Below, piece by piece: positions 20,284 through 30,736 of a stretch of DNA of 64,000 bases; within the stretch, counting starts at the first letter, position 1, and every line of letters begins with the position of its first letter. The position numbers and the translations under genes were made by a program. The notes under the pieces are model-generated. The model saw nothing but the letters and a program-made list of their open reading frames with translations. It searched no databases and was not told the DNA's origin. This DNA is from an uncultured virus (IMG/VR IMGVR_UViG_2534682017_000001) (taxonomy: Duplodnaviria; Heunggongvirae; Uroviricota; Caudoviricetes): IMG/VR virus record IMGVR_UViG_2534682017_000001. One strand, 5' to 3'.

Positions 20284-23200
20284 TTATCGATTTCGTCTTG
20301 CAGTTGTGTTCTCAGTCAAAGAGCGGCTAATTAGAGAGTTTGGATTTTTAATATCCTCACTTACTAATTTCGGTACCGCTTTTGGAAGTTGTTTATCAAG
20401 TTCTTCCCTTACGATAATCCGGACAGTTTTCTCATCCAATTGTTCTGCTTCAACAGTTGCCCCATTAACCTGATTCACTACTTCAATTTTGAAATTGATA
20501 GTTGGAGAAGATTGCTCAAAAGAAGGCATAAACTCAGCTTGAGGGCGTGGAGATTGCCTTGAGGTAAAGTCCTGCACGTCTTCAAGATTTGAGCGATCCT
20601 GAACTAAACCATTTGATGAGAAGTAAACCTTTCCATCATGAAATAGATCTGAGTTTGCAGAGGTAGTTGGATTGGCAGCACTAGCATTGCCTTTATAAAT
20701 AATCTGATCATCTTGATAAGACTGATTAAAGATGTTCGAGATATCTCTACTTTGGCTAAATGCCCGTGAACTCTGATTAGCCCGATTCATGACATTTTCA
20801 AAACTGGTATTGTATTGAGCATGGTTCGAAATAAATGAATCTGGACTTGTGGCCCGTCTCATTTGTTCAACTTTCTCAACTCCTCCCCATTTTTTAATAT
20901 CATCCTGAGACCAGACAATCTCGCCCTTGTGCACAGCTCCAGCAATATCATACTTCTTACCTTTCCCTGTATAACCACCATCAGCAAAGCCTTTGGAAGG
21001 ATCCAGAAGAATAGGACTTGAATTACCACGTTCTCTGAAGATCGAAACTTCCTTCAGCAATTCTTTCTGAGCATTCTGAACTGTGCTGTTTGAAACAGAA
21101 CTATTTAGAATTTTCGAGTTAGAAAAATTAGATACGTTCGATTTATTAGCAATATAGGATTTACTACTTTGAATCGATTTATCCAGAACTTTGCTAAAGC
21201 TTGAATTGTTCCCGGCATACTTGTTAGTAATGCTTTGAACATCTCCCGATCTTGAATCCGCATCTTTGCTTGGCTTGAGAGCATTAACGATAATCTGATT
21301 CTCTCGAGTAGGTTGATTAAAGATATTCGAGATATTTTGATTTTCATTAAAAGCTTTTGAGCTTAGGAATGAACGTTTAAAGACATTTTCTGCTGAAGTG
21401 TTGTTAGTGGCATGGTTATTAATAAATGCTTCAGGGCCTGAGCTCTTACGCATATTCTCAACCAAACCAACACCACCCCAGCGTTTAATATCTTCTTGCG
21501 ACCAGACCACCTCTCCTTTATGGACAATACCTGCAGGTTCGTATTTACCACCAGATCCGGTGAAACCACCATCAGCAAAGCCTTGATCTTTAATTGCCCG
21601 GATATTCGCAATAATGCTGGCACCCTGTGCAACCGCCCCAGCAATTAAAGATAAGTTATACGGAAAACCAACTTTTGCAGCTGCTGCAATATTTTGCTGA
21701 ATGGCAATACCGGCAGCAGCAATTGCATAAGCTTTATCCGCAGCAAACATGAGCTTGTAAGCTTTAGATTGCTCACCAAACATAGAACCAAACATCGATG
21801 TGACAGAACCCATCATTTGCCCACCAAGAGCAATTTGAGTGTTCAGTCGATCCTGTTGATATTTGTCTTCAATGTCCTTAGCGTTCTGAGCATATTCATT
21901 ACCAATTTGATTGCGTTGCTCTTGAGCAGCTTGAATGATTGCAGTCTTCTGGTTTTCGTAATCCTGAAGCTGAATTAATCCAGCTTCCATCTGTGCATTC
22001 AGACCATCTAAACCGCTTTGCTCATTTAAATCAGCAGCAGCAAACTGACTATCAGCAAGATCATTTGCAGCACCCAGGCGACTAAACCGTTCCTGATCCT
22101 GTCTGTAGAACTCACTGGTACCATTCATATCAGCCTGAATACCACCCCAGTTCTGAACAGCGTTATTTACTTTGTCGCGTGTCTCTTTGTCCTGTGTAGC
22201 TTTAGATAACGCAATAAGTTTTTGACGCTCTTCTATGGAAAGTTTTGAGTTCTTAAGGATCTCCTCTCTTTCAAGTCTATAGCGTTCCTGCATAGCTTGA
22301 GTTTCAGAAAGCAGAGATAATCGGGCTTGAAATGATCGTTGCTCTTGAGCCAATTTCATAAGCGCGTTTTCTTGCTGATATTGCTGTTCCAGCAACTCCA
22401 CAGCTTGCTTTTGTTCCGATTTACTTAATTCAACATCATGAGCCGCGTTAAACTTTTTGCGATCAAAATTTTCTTTAAGTAATTCAGCCTCGGTTTTCTG
22501 GAACTCCTTATAGTCCTCTAGTTTGCTTCTAGTAGCTTGTTTGGCAATCGCAATATCATTATCAGCACGGCGTTGTAATTCAGCCTTGATTTCAGCAGTA
22601 CGTTCTGGCGTAAAGCCTGCTTTATCTACATCCTCTAATCTAACCGTTAAATTATTCTGGATCCGCTGCACTTCACTAGCCACTTCATTCTCAAGTGAAC
22701 GCTGAGCATCTAACTGACGATCAAGTTGTGATTGGATATCACCTGATGCCTTATCACTCCCTTTACTTGCTCCGCTCTTAACCTTGCTTTGCATACTTGG
22801 TGACTGATGAAGAAGTTTAAGTGTTACACCATCTTCAAAGATCACTTCACTGACATAACCACCACCCTTGCTGTCATACCGCGTCTTAATGTCTTTAACA
22901 GCAACATTGGTAGTGATCGGTGTACCTTCAGGCATTGAAAAATCAATACCCTTATGAAATGAAGAAGCCCCTTTAGTAGGGGCTTTTCGTGGACCGTAAT
23001 TTGAACTGATCTTGTAGGATGACAATGGTTTGCCACCTGCTTGCAATCGGGCCAGATGTTCATTAGAAACTTTCTGGCCAGACATGGAACCACCATAACG
23101 AACATCAAGATGAGGGCCTGTACCAATACCAGATTTTCCTGACACACCGACTAGGCGTTTAGAGAGTTTTTGCTGTTTAGATAGCTCATTCGTAGTTTCC

Positions 23201-25374
23201 TTTAATGCTTTATTCTTCGCATCAATCACATTCTTGTTTTGTTCTTCAATAGATAGTACTTGCAAGCCTTTTTGAGCTATTTGGTAGGTATATTCAACCC
23301 CCTCCTTTCGAGCCCAATTTGCACTTTTAAGTAGCTCCTCTGCTTGTTTCTCTGTAAATCCCTTTGCTAATGCAAATTTCATAAAATATGCATCATATTC
23401 ACGATCATAAAGAGAATCAGCATATTTCTTTTGTGCATTTTTAGCTGCTAATGCCGCTCTCTCATTTTCATTTAAGGACTTGGTATTTTTATCAACTCCG
23501 ACAATGGCATTTTCAGCCTTATTGCCTGCAAGTGTTACTTCGACACCAAATAAGCTATATGTTTGTTTAGTCTTGGCAGCAGTTTCAGCTGCTTCATCAT
23601 AGGCATTTACTTGTTTAAGCAATGCATCCCGTAAATCGGACGGAATCTTTTCGCTCTTTAATTGCTCAATCGCTTCAGTATAAGAAATGGTACCAAGTCG
23701 TGCTTTATTTGAAATTTCAGCAACTTTAGCATTGCCCACTGCATAGTTCTGGATATTGATTAATGCTGACCCGACCGCTAATTCATGCCGTTCTAAAGCC
23801 TTGTTTTGATCTTCAATTGTCGCTGCTAAATCACCTAATTTTTCCTTACGTTGTTCATCATTAAGGGCTTTAATCTCTTCCTTAGTCAACTTTGCAGCTT
23901 CGGCTTGCTCTTTTAGCTTTGCAGTGGCTTCAGCAGATTTATTTGAGAAATACATATAAGTAGCAGCCAAAGCAGTCACGCCTAATGTGATTGCCCCAAT
24001 TGGACCACCAATTAACCCCCATGCACCGCTTACTAATCCTGCCATTGAAGCACTTTTGCCTTGTGCTAACGTAACTGCCTTCGTTGCATTCTCAACATTA
24101 TTGGCTGCAAGAACATATCTGGCGCTTGCTGCACTTGCACCATATTTAGCTTGAGTTTCAGCATTTGTTGCTCGTACATTAACTAAATGCGCTTCCGCTT
24201 CAGCCAGTGCTGCTTTTGCATTTTCTAAGGACTTTTGCTTTTGCAATTGTGATGCAGCATTGTCAGCTACTAATGAACCTACTTTGGTATTTAAAGCCGA
24301 TACTTGTGTTGCGATTGCTTTGGTTAATAATGCAGTGCCTCCCAAAATAGCTACATAAGAGATTGATTCTAAATTCTCGGCTAGAACCTTAATTGAACCA
24401 GATAAGACTTGAGCCGCTCCGCTTCCTTGGCTAGCTTCCCCGACAAATTTAGTAATCTCATTATTAAGAAGAGTTAATGACTGGCTGATCGTAATATCCG
24501 TTTTACCAAATAATGCATCTACATCAGACTCTACATTTCTAAGAGCTTTTACAATTTCCTGTGAAGTGATTTTTCCTTCAGCAGCAACTGAACGCAACTC
24601 ACCTACAGTGATACCCATGCCCTGAGCAATAGCCTTAGCTAATGCAGGGGTTTGCTCCATGACAGAGTTCAGTTCTTCTCCACGCAATGTACCGCTTGCG
24701 AGTGCTTGTCCAAACTGCATCAATGAAGCATCTGCTGCTTCTGCAGTTGCTCCACTAATAGCCACTGCTTTTGATACTGTTTCAGTTAAACGCGCAGTGT
24801 CGTCCATTGTTAGATTTAAAGTTTTGGAATTGTCACTAAAGCGCTGGTACACCTGTAAAACTGAATCCCAAGTTGAATAAGTTTTTTGAGCAATCTGGAA
24901 AGTATCTTCAGTTGCTTTATTCAGTTCAGCCTGACTGTTAGTAACTAACTTCAGTCTGTTTTGTAGCCCTGTATAGGCATCAATTTTAGTAATGGCAGCA
25001 TTGACCGTAGCCAAGCCTGCCATATATCCAGCTAAAGCTTTAATTGAGGTACCGAATGAATTAGCCGCTTTATCCTGTTTATCCAGCTCATTGGTTGTGG
25101 CTTTAATTTCTTGAGCAAATTTATGATTTTGGTGAGTTGCTTGCTTAGTCACTTCAACCGATTTTTGAACTGAAGTATTTGAATTGTTAACTGTAGTATT
25201 AAAGTTTTGAACAATATTATTGGTAATAGTAAGCTGTTTCTCCATATCTTTTGATGTTTTAGATGCGGAATCACCTCGAGCAGTAAATTTTGACAATTCT
25301 TCTGCCAAGGCTTTGACATTACGTTCAGCATTTTGCGAATCAATAACAATGACCAGACGAGATTCTTGTGCCAT
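20284..25374 (-). CDS. Tape measure protein with internal M23-like peptidase
   Basis: 'QFGQALASGTLRGEELNSVMEQTP' tape measure motif, Ala-rich coils, 'HKGID' and 'TGPHL'. Confidence 0.95.
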   Translation of the reverse strand: MAQESRLVIVIDSQNAERNVKALAEELSKFTARGDSASKTSKDMEKQLTITNNIVQNFNTTVNNSNTSVQKSVEVTKQATHQNHKFAQEIKATTNELDKQDKAANSFGTSIKALAGYMAGLATVNAAITKIDAYTGLQNRLKLVTNSQAELNKATEDTFQIAQKTYSTWDSVLQVYQRFSDNSKTLNLTMDDTARLTETVSKAVAISGATAEAADASLMQFGQALASGTLRGEELNSVMEQTPALAKAIAQGMGITVGELRSVAAEGKITSQEIVKALRNVESDVDALFGKTDITISQSLTLLNNEITKFVGEASQGSGAAQVLSGSIKVLAENLESISYVAILGGTALLTKAIATQVSALNTKVGSLVADNAASQLQKQKSLENAKAALAEAEAHLVNVRATNAETQAKYGASAASARYVLAANNVENATKAVTLAQGKSASMAGLVSGAWGLIGGPIGAITLGVTALAATYMYFSNKSAEATAKLKEQAEAAKLTKEEIKALNDEQRKEKLGDLAATIEDQNKALERHELAVGSALINIQNYAVGNAKVAEISNKARLGTISYTEAIEQLKSEKIPSDLRDALLKQVNAYDEAAETAAKTKQTYSLFGVEVTLAGNKAENAIVGVDKNTKSLNENERAALAAKNAQKKYADSLYDREYDAYFMKFALAKGFTEKQAEELLKSANWARKEGVEYTYQIAQKGLQVLSIEEQNKNVIDAKNKALKETTNELSKQQKLSKRLVGVSGKSGIGTGPHLDVRYGGSMSGQKVSNEHLARLQAGGKPLSSYKISSNYGPRKAPTKGASSFHKGIDFSMPEGTPITTNVAVKDIKTRYDSKGGGYVSEVIFEDGVTLKLLHQSPSMQSKVKSGASKGSDKASGDIQSQLDRQLDAQRSLENEVASEVQRIQNNLTVRLEDVDKAGFTPERTAEIKAELQRRADNDIAIAKQATRSKLEDYKEFQKTEAELLKENFDRKKFNAAHDVELSKSEQKQAVELLEQQYQQENALMKLAQEQRSFQARLSLLSETQAMQERYRLEREEILKNSKLSIEERQKLIALSKATQDKETRDKVNNAVQNWGGIQADMNGTSEFYRQDQERFSRLGAANDLADSQFAAADLNEQSGLDGLNAQMEAGLIQLQDYENQKTAIIQAAQEQRNQIGNEYAQNAKDIEDKYQQDRLNTQIALGGQMMGSVTSMFGSMFGEQSKAYKLMFAADKAYAIAAAGIAIQQNIAAAAKVGFPYNLSLIAGAVAQGASIIANIRAIKDQGFADGGFTGSGGKYEPAGIVHKGEVVWSQEDIKRWGGVGLVENMRKSSGPEAFINNHATNNTSAENVFKRSFLSSKAFNENQNISNIFNQPTRENQIIVNALKPSKDADSRSGDVQSITNKYAGNNSSFSKVLDKSIQSSKSYIANKSNVSNFSNSKILNSSVSNSTVQNAQKELLKEVSIFRERGNSSPILLDPSKGFADGGYTGKGKKYDIAGAVHKGEIVWSQDDIKKWGGVEKVEQMRRATSPDSFISNHAQYNTSFENVMNRANQSSRAFSQSRDISNIFNQSYQDDQIIYKGNASAANPTTSANSDLFHDGKVYFSSNGLVQDRSNLEDVQDFTSRQSPRPQAEFMPSFEQSSPTINFKIEVVNQVNGATVEAEQLDEKTVRIIVREELDKQLPKAVPKLVSEDIKNPNSLISRSLTENTTARRNR

Positions 25375-25499
25375 TTTCACTTTCCTCTAGGCAATAAAAA
25401 AGCCCACAAGAGGTGAGCTATGAATTTTGGGTAATAAAAAACCCACTCAGTGAGTGGGTTGTTAAAGTTGATTCTATTGGTGGTTAGGGTACCTTGTTT

Positions 25500-25772
25500 T
25501 TATGACATTGCTTTATTTTCATGGTATCTGAGTATGCTGGCTACCTTTTGAAATAGATAACCCCCAAGGAATCCATTAAACATAATTCCAATACCTGTAA
25601 TAACCATAATGCCAGACCATACAGTCTCAGTACCATAATAAGTTCGCGGTACTTCTACTCGCCCAAATGCCAATATAAAAATAAATCCAGCAATAAACCC
25701 TAGAGCAATTAATATCCATCCAATAGCATTGCAGACTTCACTTTCTTTCATGCCTTGATTTTCTGTACTCAT
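25500..25772 (-). CDS. Small 2-TM membrane protein (moron)
   Basis: Two hydrophobic helices. Confidence 0.7.
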   Translation of the reverse strand: MSTENQGMKESEVCNAIGWILIALGFIAGFIFILAFGRVEVPRTYYGTETVWSGIMVITGIGIMFNGFLGGYLFQKVASILRYHENKAMS

Positions 25773-25782
25773 ATCAATCTAC

Positions 25783-26226
25783 TCACTTAACAGGGGTTTT
25801 ATTTAGCAACTGATCAACCAATTCATTAATCTTCGTTTCAGTACTACGCCACTTATTTGGAGCTAAACCGCCATTACCACGCAATCTAAAAGATGCTTCG
25901 GAAACTTGTCTTCCATTTTGCAAAAGATTGAATTGAGCAGCAACCATATATGGAGCCATATCCCAAGAACGAGTAGCTGTATAGTTTAAAGTAGTCTGAC
26001 AAAGGCTTAAGTTATCAGTATCTTTATAAGTTTTCGCATCAATTTTATAACGCTCGAAACTACGCTCAACGATTTGATTAAAATCCTTGATGATAACTTT
26101 CGGGTTATCGACAATACAAACTTGTCGAATAGACTCTGGATTAAATCCAGTAGCATTATTAACTTGAATTGATGTACACCCCACAAACACTATACTTAAT
26201 AAACTAACAGCCAATAATTTCTTCAT
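25783..26226 (-). CDS. Lipoprotein, Sbal_3080-like
   Basis: Lipobox FVGC; 'VCIVDNPKV', 'YTATRSWDMAPYM'. Confidence 0.7.
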   Translation of the reverse strand: MKKLLAVSLLSIVFVGCTSIQVNNATGFNPESIRQVCIVDNPKVIIKDFNQIVERSFERYKIDAKTYKDTDNLSLCQTTLNYTATRSWDMAPYMVAAQFNLLQNGRQVSEASFRLRGNGGLAPNKWRSTETKINELVDQLLNKTPVK

Positions 26227-26337
26227 GCATTTTTCACCATTTGTTATAAAGTGAACCAACTTTAACAAACTGGTTACTAAATGTCACATAAACAAAAACT
26301 ACCCCAAGAGTCATATATTTTAATTAATAGTAACTTA

Positions 26338-26748
26338 TTAAGTGGCATTAAAATTAATTGTTAGATTTCTTGCCATCTTTCTAATAATAGTATTTTCAGG
26401 CAAAGTAAACGGAGTTGATTTTTTTATCGCTTGTTCGATACTTAACTTAAACTCCTTAGGTATCTCATTCAAAAAAATTATTTGGTCTACTTCACCTTTC
26501 TCCGTTAATAGAACTCTAACTCTTGCAATTGTTCCCGCGGATTTAGGAGGTACATCCCAAGCATTTAATATTTTCTTCTGATAAGTATCTTTATACTTTT
26601 TTACTATCATTAGGGCATCATCTTGCTCCTGAGCACTTACAATCTCATTAGAAATATTCTTATTTACAAAACTATCTAAATCTTGACTATAAAGATTAGT
26701 ACAGGCAAGTGAACTCAAAACCAATCCCAATAAAATAGTTTTTTTCAT
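26338..26748 (-). CDS. Exported stand-alone TolA/TonB C-terminal domain protein
   Basis: Signal peptide; 'YQKKILNAWDVP...VLLTEKGEV...SIEQAIKKSTPF'. Confidence 0.7.
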   Translation of the reverse strand: MKKTILLGLVLSSLACTNLYSQDLDSFVNKNISNEIVSAQEQDDALMIVKKYKDTYQKKILNAWDVPPKSAGTIARVRVLLTEKGEVDQIIFLNEIPKEFKLSIEQAIKKSTPFTLPENTIIRKMARNLTINFNAT

Positions 26749-26816
26749 GAAAATATCCATTTTAATAATGAGTAAAATTTAACATTTCAGAAAATGAAAA
26801 ACCACCAGAAGGTGGC

Positions 26817-26954
26817 TTATTTATTCGTATTAGTTATTCCTACTTGGTCAACTATGAAATCTGCAATATCTTGTGTTGTCATATCTTTAACAAAATACAA
26901 ATACACAATAATTAGAAATAAAAAACCTAGTGTCCAAGATGCATATTTACTCAT
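26817..26954 (-). CDS. Small single-TM protein, 45 aa (not in ORF track)
   Basis: AAGGA RBS; MSKYASWTLGFLFLIIVYLYFVKDMTTQDIADFIVDQVGITNTNK*. Confidence 0.55.
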   Translation of the reverse strand: MSKYASWTLGFLFLIIVYLYFVKDMTTQDIADFIVDQVGITNTNK

Positions 26955-27018
26955 TAGAATCCTTTAATAAAATTTTCAAGTTTAGAAAATAAATTATTAA
27001 AGTCTTAAGTGATAAAAA

Positions 27019-27367
27019 TCAACCGCAATTAACGACAAAAGCTTTTTTGTAGAAATTAATTACAGCCTCAAAATCTCTTAATAGAATTTCCTCTGTGTAG
27101 AGATTCGGTGAAAGCTTGAGTAGAGCTGGCATATATTGCTTTTTGTAGACTTCAGGATATGTCTTGCATAAAATTTCCTGCTTCTGATCCAGTGGTACGT
27201 TTCGATTCTCTAGAGCAGCTAGCATCTTCCCTATTTGTTTGTCCGCACTCATGAATTGCGCTTCAACTGAAGGAGGTAGCGCTTTATGTTCAGCTTGTTT
27301 AGTACAGCTAACTAAAACCACCAAAGAAATCGATAACCCCAATGTATATAAAAGTTTTTACTAACAT
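27019..27367 (-). CDS. Lipoprotein, possibly frameshifted in the signal peptide
   Basis: Lipobox LVSC; ATG 27367 is 1 nt out of frame with the ORF, in-frame start is only TTG 27342. Confidence 0.55.
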
Positions 27368-27459
27368 ATTAATTTTCAATATAAACCATTGTTAATATTA
27401 TATATTTCCTTAAATAAAAATACATTAATTAAAATAGCCATCACGGAGATAGCTATTTT

Positions 27460-27795
27460 TTACTTTTTGGACTTGGTAGAAATCTTCTTATGGACTTCTT
27501 CAATAAATAAATTGTCTAAAGCAAAAATACAGTCATTAAAGATATGAGCATCAACTGGCAAATCATTATGTTCAGCATAAACATTGATAGCCTGCTGATC
27601 TAAGTATAAAGGTACACTTTGCTCATATCGTCTAGATCTAATAATTGTGCTAAAGGCAGCAAGAATTGAGTCTGCCGCATAAGAATATTCTGGTGGATCT
27701 GGTATATATCCACCTAAGAATTTGATTTGTTCGATTTCGTGCGGCGTTTTCGACGCATACGATTTCTGGTACTTGTAGAGTTCGATGACTTTCCC
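27460..27795 (-). CDS. -1 frameshift extension of tail assembly chaperone (gpGT-like)
   Basis: Slippery G GGA AAG (27795-27789, same as lambda G/T) followed by an open -1 frame of ~110 codons to TAA 27460. Confidence 0.85.
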   Translation of the reverse strand, partial: GKVIELYKYQKSYASKTPHEIEQIKFLGGYIPDPPEYSYAADSILAAFSTIIRSRRYEQSVPLYLDQQAINVYAEHNDLPVDAHIFNDCIFALDNLFIEEVHKKISTKSKK

Positions 27796-28223
27796 AAAAT
27801 CGTAGCCTTGTCCTTATCGGCTTCTTCCTGAATCTTTTGAGCCTGCTCTTTAACGAATGACCAGATCAATAGGCCAATGTCACCAAGATTAAGAAGCTTA
27901 GAAGCATTTTCTGGTGTATACGGTTTTTCAGATTCTACTGTTTCGCCATCTTCCACTTCAGCGAAAACAACCCCTTTCCAGTCTTCGATTAAATGAGCGC
28001 CAGCCGCATCTAATAAAAGCTCATGATAGAGCTTGCTGTTTACGTCTTTCACCATTACATCATAGCCTTTGGATGTAATTTGATTACCAGCCTTCTCTAA
28101 TGAAACTTGAAACGGTTTATAGCCGATACCACGAATTTTAAACTCTGCTTGTCCACCTGCAGTTTCAAACGTACACCACTTCGATACTTCTGAACTTCGT
28201 ACAATTCCAACTTTTAAAGCCAT
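27714..28223 (-). CDS. Tail assembly chaperone (gpG-like)
   Basis: Between tail tube and tape measure; ILGK slippery site near the end. Confidence 0.85.
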   Translation of the reverse strand: MALKVGIVRSSEVSKWCTFETAGGQAEFKIRGIGYKPFQVSLEKAGNQITSKGYDVMVKDVNSKLYHELLLDAAGAHLIEDWKGVVFAEVEDGETVESEKPYTPENASKLLNLGDIGLLIWSFVKEQAQKIQEEADKDKATILGKSSNSTSTRNRMRRKRRTKSNKSNS

Positions 28224-28293
28224 AACTACCTCGAATATTTAGGAATAAAAAAGCCCATGGGATTCCATAGGCTCTAAGGTTTATTAATTTGAA

Positions 28294-29211
28294 TTACACA
28301 AGAGCACGCACAATTGTTGGAGCTGTCCGTACTTGAGCAAAGTTGATATCTAAAGTGATGATGTCATCACCACCACCATCTGGGTGATTTGCTTCCATAA
28401 CTTCTAGCTGCGGGAAGTTAAACGAGTATTTACTTCCTTTACTGTCTTTAATATCAAAGGCCAGTGTAAATACATCACGGGTTTTGATTGCATCAATCCA
28501 GCCTGCTGCTGTGGCCGAAAACATGAATGAAGCATTCGCTTCAATATCCATCATCTTCTCTAAGTAAAACTCTGGAGTGTATTTCCCTGAACCAATACAG
28601 CGGATCGCTTCAAGGTTGTTATTAATAGAAATGGTCAGTGATTGAAGACATGCTTTCCCTTGAATTGACTGGCCGTTTACAAGCAAGTTTTCCACGTTTG
28701 GCATGCTGACTAAAGGGCGACTGGATGCAGCTATTGGATTGGTAACCGGATTGACTTGCTGGCGTGTAAATGAATTACCAACCAAGCCAAAGTTACCTGT
28801 AATCTTTCCTGTGGTCTGAATGGTAATTTCACCCGTATTTACCTGAACACCACGATAAATAAAGACCTGACCAACATCTTCAAAGACTTTAACCAGGGTA
28901 AATGATTTACGTACGGTGCCGCCAAAGCTGAGGGCATTTGCTGCCCAGTTATTAAATGCAAGAGCACTTAAGAATAAGTCGAATGTTCCTACAGATAATT
29001 CAAATTCTAACTGCCCTGCAACTTCGGCTTCAGTAACGACCCCACCTTGTCGGAAGCGTGAGTTAACAACTTCACTACTTTCTTCTGTTGAGACGTTTTC
29101 AGATAATCCATCACTTACACGGCGAACCGTGTACCAGATTGGGTTTGCTGGAGTAGTTCCTAAAACTGCTTCTTCACAAGCATATAATCGAATTTTTGCG
29201 CCTGAACTCAT
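28294..29211 (-). CDS. Tail tube (major tail) protein
   Basis: 'MSSGAK...EE...GTTPA', 'INNNL' motifs, synteny. Confidence 0.88.
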   Translation of the reverse strand: MSSGAKIRLYACEEAVLGTTPANPIWYTVRRVSDGLSENVSTEESSEVVNSRFRQGGVVTEAEVAGQLEFELSVGTFDLFLSALAFNNWAANALSFGGTVRKSFTLVKVFEDVGQVFIYRGVQVNTGEITIQTTGKITGNFGLVGNSFTRQQVNPVTNPIAASSRPLVSMPNVENLLVNGQSIQGKACLQSLTISINNNLEAIRCIGSGKYTPEFYLEKMMDIEANASFMFSATAAGWIDAIKTRDVFTLAFDIKDSKGSKYSFNFPQLEVMEANHPDGGGDDIITLDINFAQVRTAPTIVRALV

Positions 29212-29305
29212 TTATAGTTCTCCAAAATTTAGGTATAAAAAAACCCGCTTCATCAGCGGGTTGTTTAAAAAATGGGTGTAAAAAAACCGCTAATTCAGCA
29301 GTCCT

Positions 29306-30289
29306 TTAAAGAGTTTTATCAGAGTTTGGGGATTCAGGCGGTTCTATACCATTTAGTGCCGCAGCTACTGCTTCAGATAAGTTCGTAGGCTGAAATTCAA
29401 CAGGTGTTTCACTCAACGGTTCTTCATGTTCTAGTTCAGGTTCTTCATGCAAACGGATATCAATCCAGCGACCTTCAGGGATATCAATTGGATTCTCCAA
29501 ATCAGCAATAATAGCTGCTTGTTCAATATCGAACTTACGCTTGTAAGTCTTTATAGAAATATCGCCATACTCTAAAGTTTCATACATTACTGCAACAACT
29601 GTGTTGCCATTCGCATCTTTTGGAACTTCCACATACCAACCTTCCTGAGCAAAGCCTAGAGATCCTTTCAGCAAGTAATTTCCTACATCAACCTTTTCAA
29701 ATTCGACAGGCTGTTTATTTGCTTCATCATTTAGCTCAATTGATTCAGCAAATAGCTTAACAATTGGAGAGGCTGATTTCACAAAACCATTAGCATCAAT
29801 AGTGGTATTAGCAGTAGTCCGATATTCACCCCATTGGGTCCACACATTATCGGCTGTTCTTGATCTAAAATAATGCCTTTGATTAATGATATTTTTCCAT
29901 TCTTGTCGTGCAAAAAAAGAAATTGGATTATATTCATTTATTTGTACATATCCAGCAGTAGCACCAGGTGGGGCATTGGGATTACTTGCATTACTTGCCG
30001 AAAAGTTACCAGTGTTAATCATAGAGTCCATATCACTGGAAGCACTCAATGCTGAGGCTATACCAATGCCAAAGTCTCCCACCGTTACAACTCGCCCTAA
30101 AGTTTTATCAAAACTTCCTACTGTTAAAGTACCAGTTGCAGCAGTGCCTAGACCTGCCACCTGAGTCCAGTCTGGCGTTAAGTTTGGAATACCGGAGGCA
30201 AAAGGCAACATAAACTGCCGCTTGCCTTGAGAAGAGTTATAGACAAAAGGCCGATGATCCCAACTAAATCTAAATAAAAGATTTGCCAT
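29306..30289 (-). CDS. Tail fibre-like protein with pyocin-knob-like segment
   Basis: 'GLGTAAT', 'GDFGIG', 'WTQWGE', 'TTIDANGFVKSASP'. Confidence 0.7.
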   Translation of the reverse strand: MANLLFRFSWDHRPFVYNSSQGKRQFMLPFASGIPNLTPDWTQVAGLGTAATGTLTVGSFDKTLGRVVTVGDFGIGIASALSASSDMDSMINTGNFSASNASNPNAPPGATAGYVQINEYNPISFFARQEWKNIINQRHYFRSRTADNVWTQWGEYRTTANTTIDANGFVKSASPIVKLFAESIELNDEANKQPVEFEKVDVGNYLLKGSLGFAQEGWYVEVPKDANGNTVVAVMYETLEYGDISIKTYKRKFDIEQAAIIADLENPIDIPEGRWIDIRLHEEPELEHEEPLSETPVEFQPTNLSEAVAAALNGIEPPESPNSDKTL

Positions 30290-30642
30290 TATGCTGTTAC
30301 TCCATCAATCACTTGGAATACTAAAGTTTCAGTATGTTGAACAACACCACCAACTACCGCTTTAATATCCATCTGACATAAACCCAAAGGCCATGTAGCA
30401 GTACTGGCTCCTGATTTCACGCTAAGCCATCCTTTCTGAGTCGTCTGGCTTAAAGCAGCACAGGTTAGAGTAGCCACTGCTGCACCGGTATCTAATGTTT
30501 TAACTTGAGAGGTAAATGCATAGCCCGTCAAGTCAATCGCACGGCGTACATCATTGGCTGGAAATTGCAACGCATCATCCATATCAACCAGCTGCAAATT
30601 CAAGTTGAAGGTGTCACCACGCTTAAAAACAAAATTGCTCAT
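30289..30642 (-). CDS. Virion protein (BppU-N-like)
   Basis: 'KRGDTF...IDLTGY'; coupled to the fibre gene. Confidence 0.55.
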   Translation of the reverse strand: MSNFVFKRGDTFNLNLQLVDMDDALQFPANDVRRAIDLTGYAFTSQVKTLDTGAAVATLTCAALSQTTQKGWLSVKSGASTATWPLGLCQMDIKAVVGGVVQHTETLVFQVIDGVTA

Positions 30643-30736
30643 AAGTGATTCCTGTAAAAATAAAAAACCACCGATGAGGTGGTAGTGGATAAGACATAAA
30701 AAAACCGCTCTAAGGCGGTTTAAATATAATTTGAGT

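Noticed and set aside
27460..28223. -1 frameshift as a novelty
   Set aside because: Standard lambda G/GT mechanism; listed as a feature only
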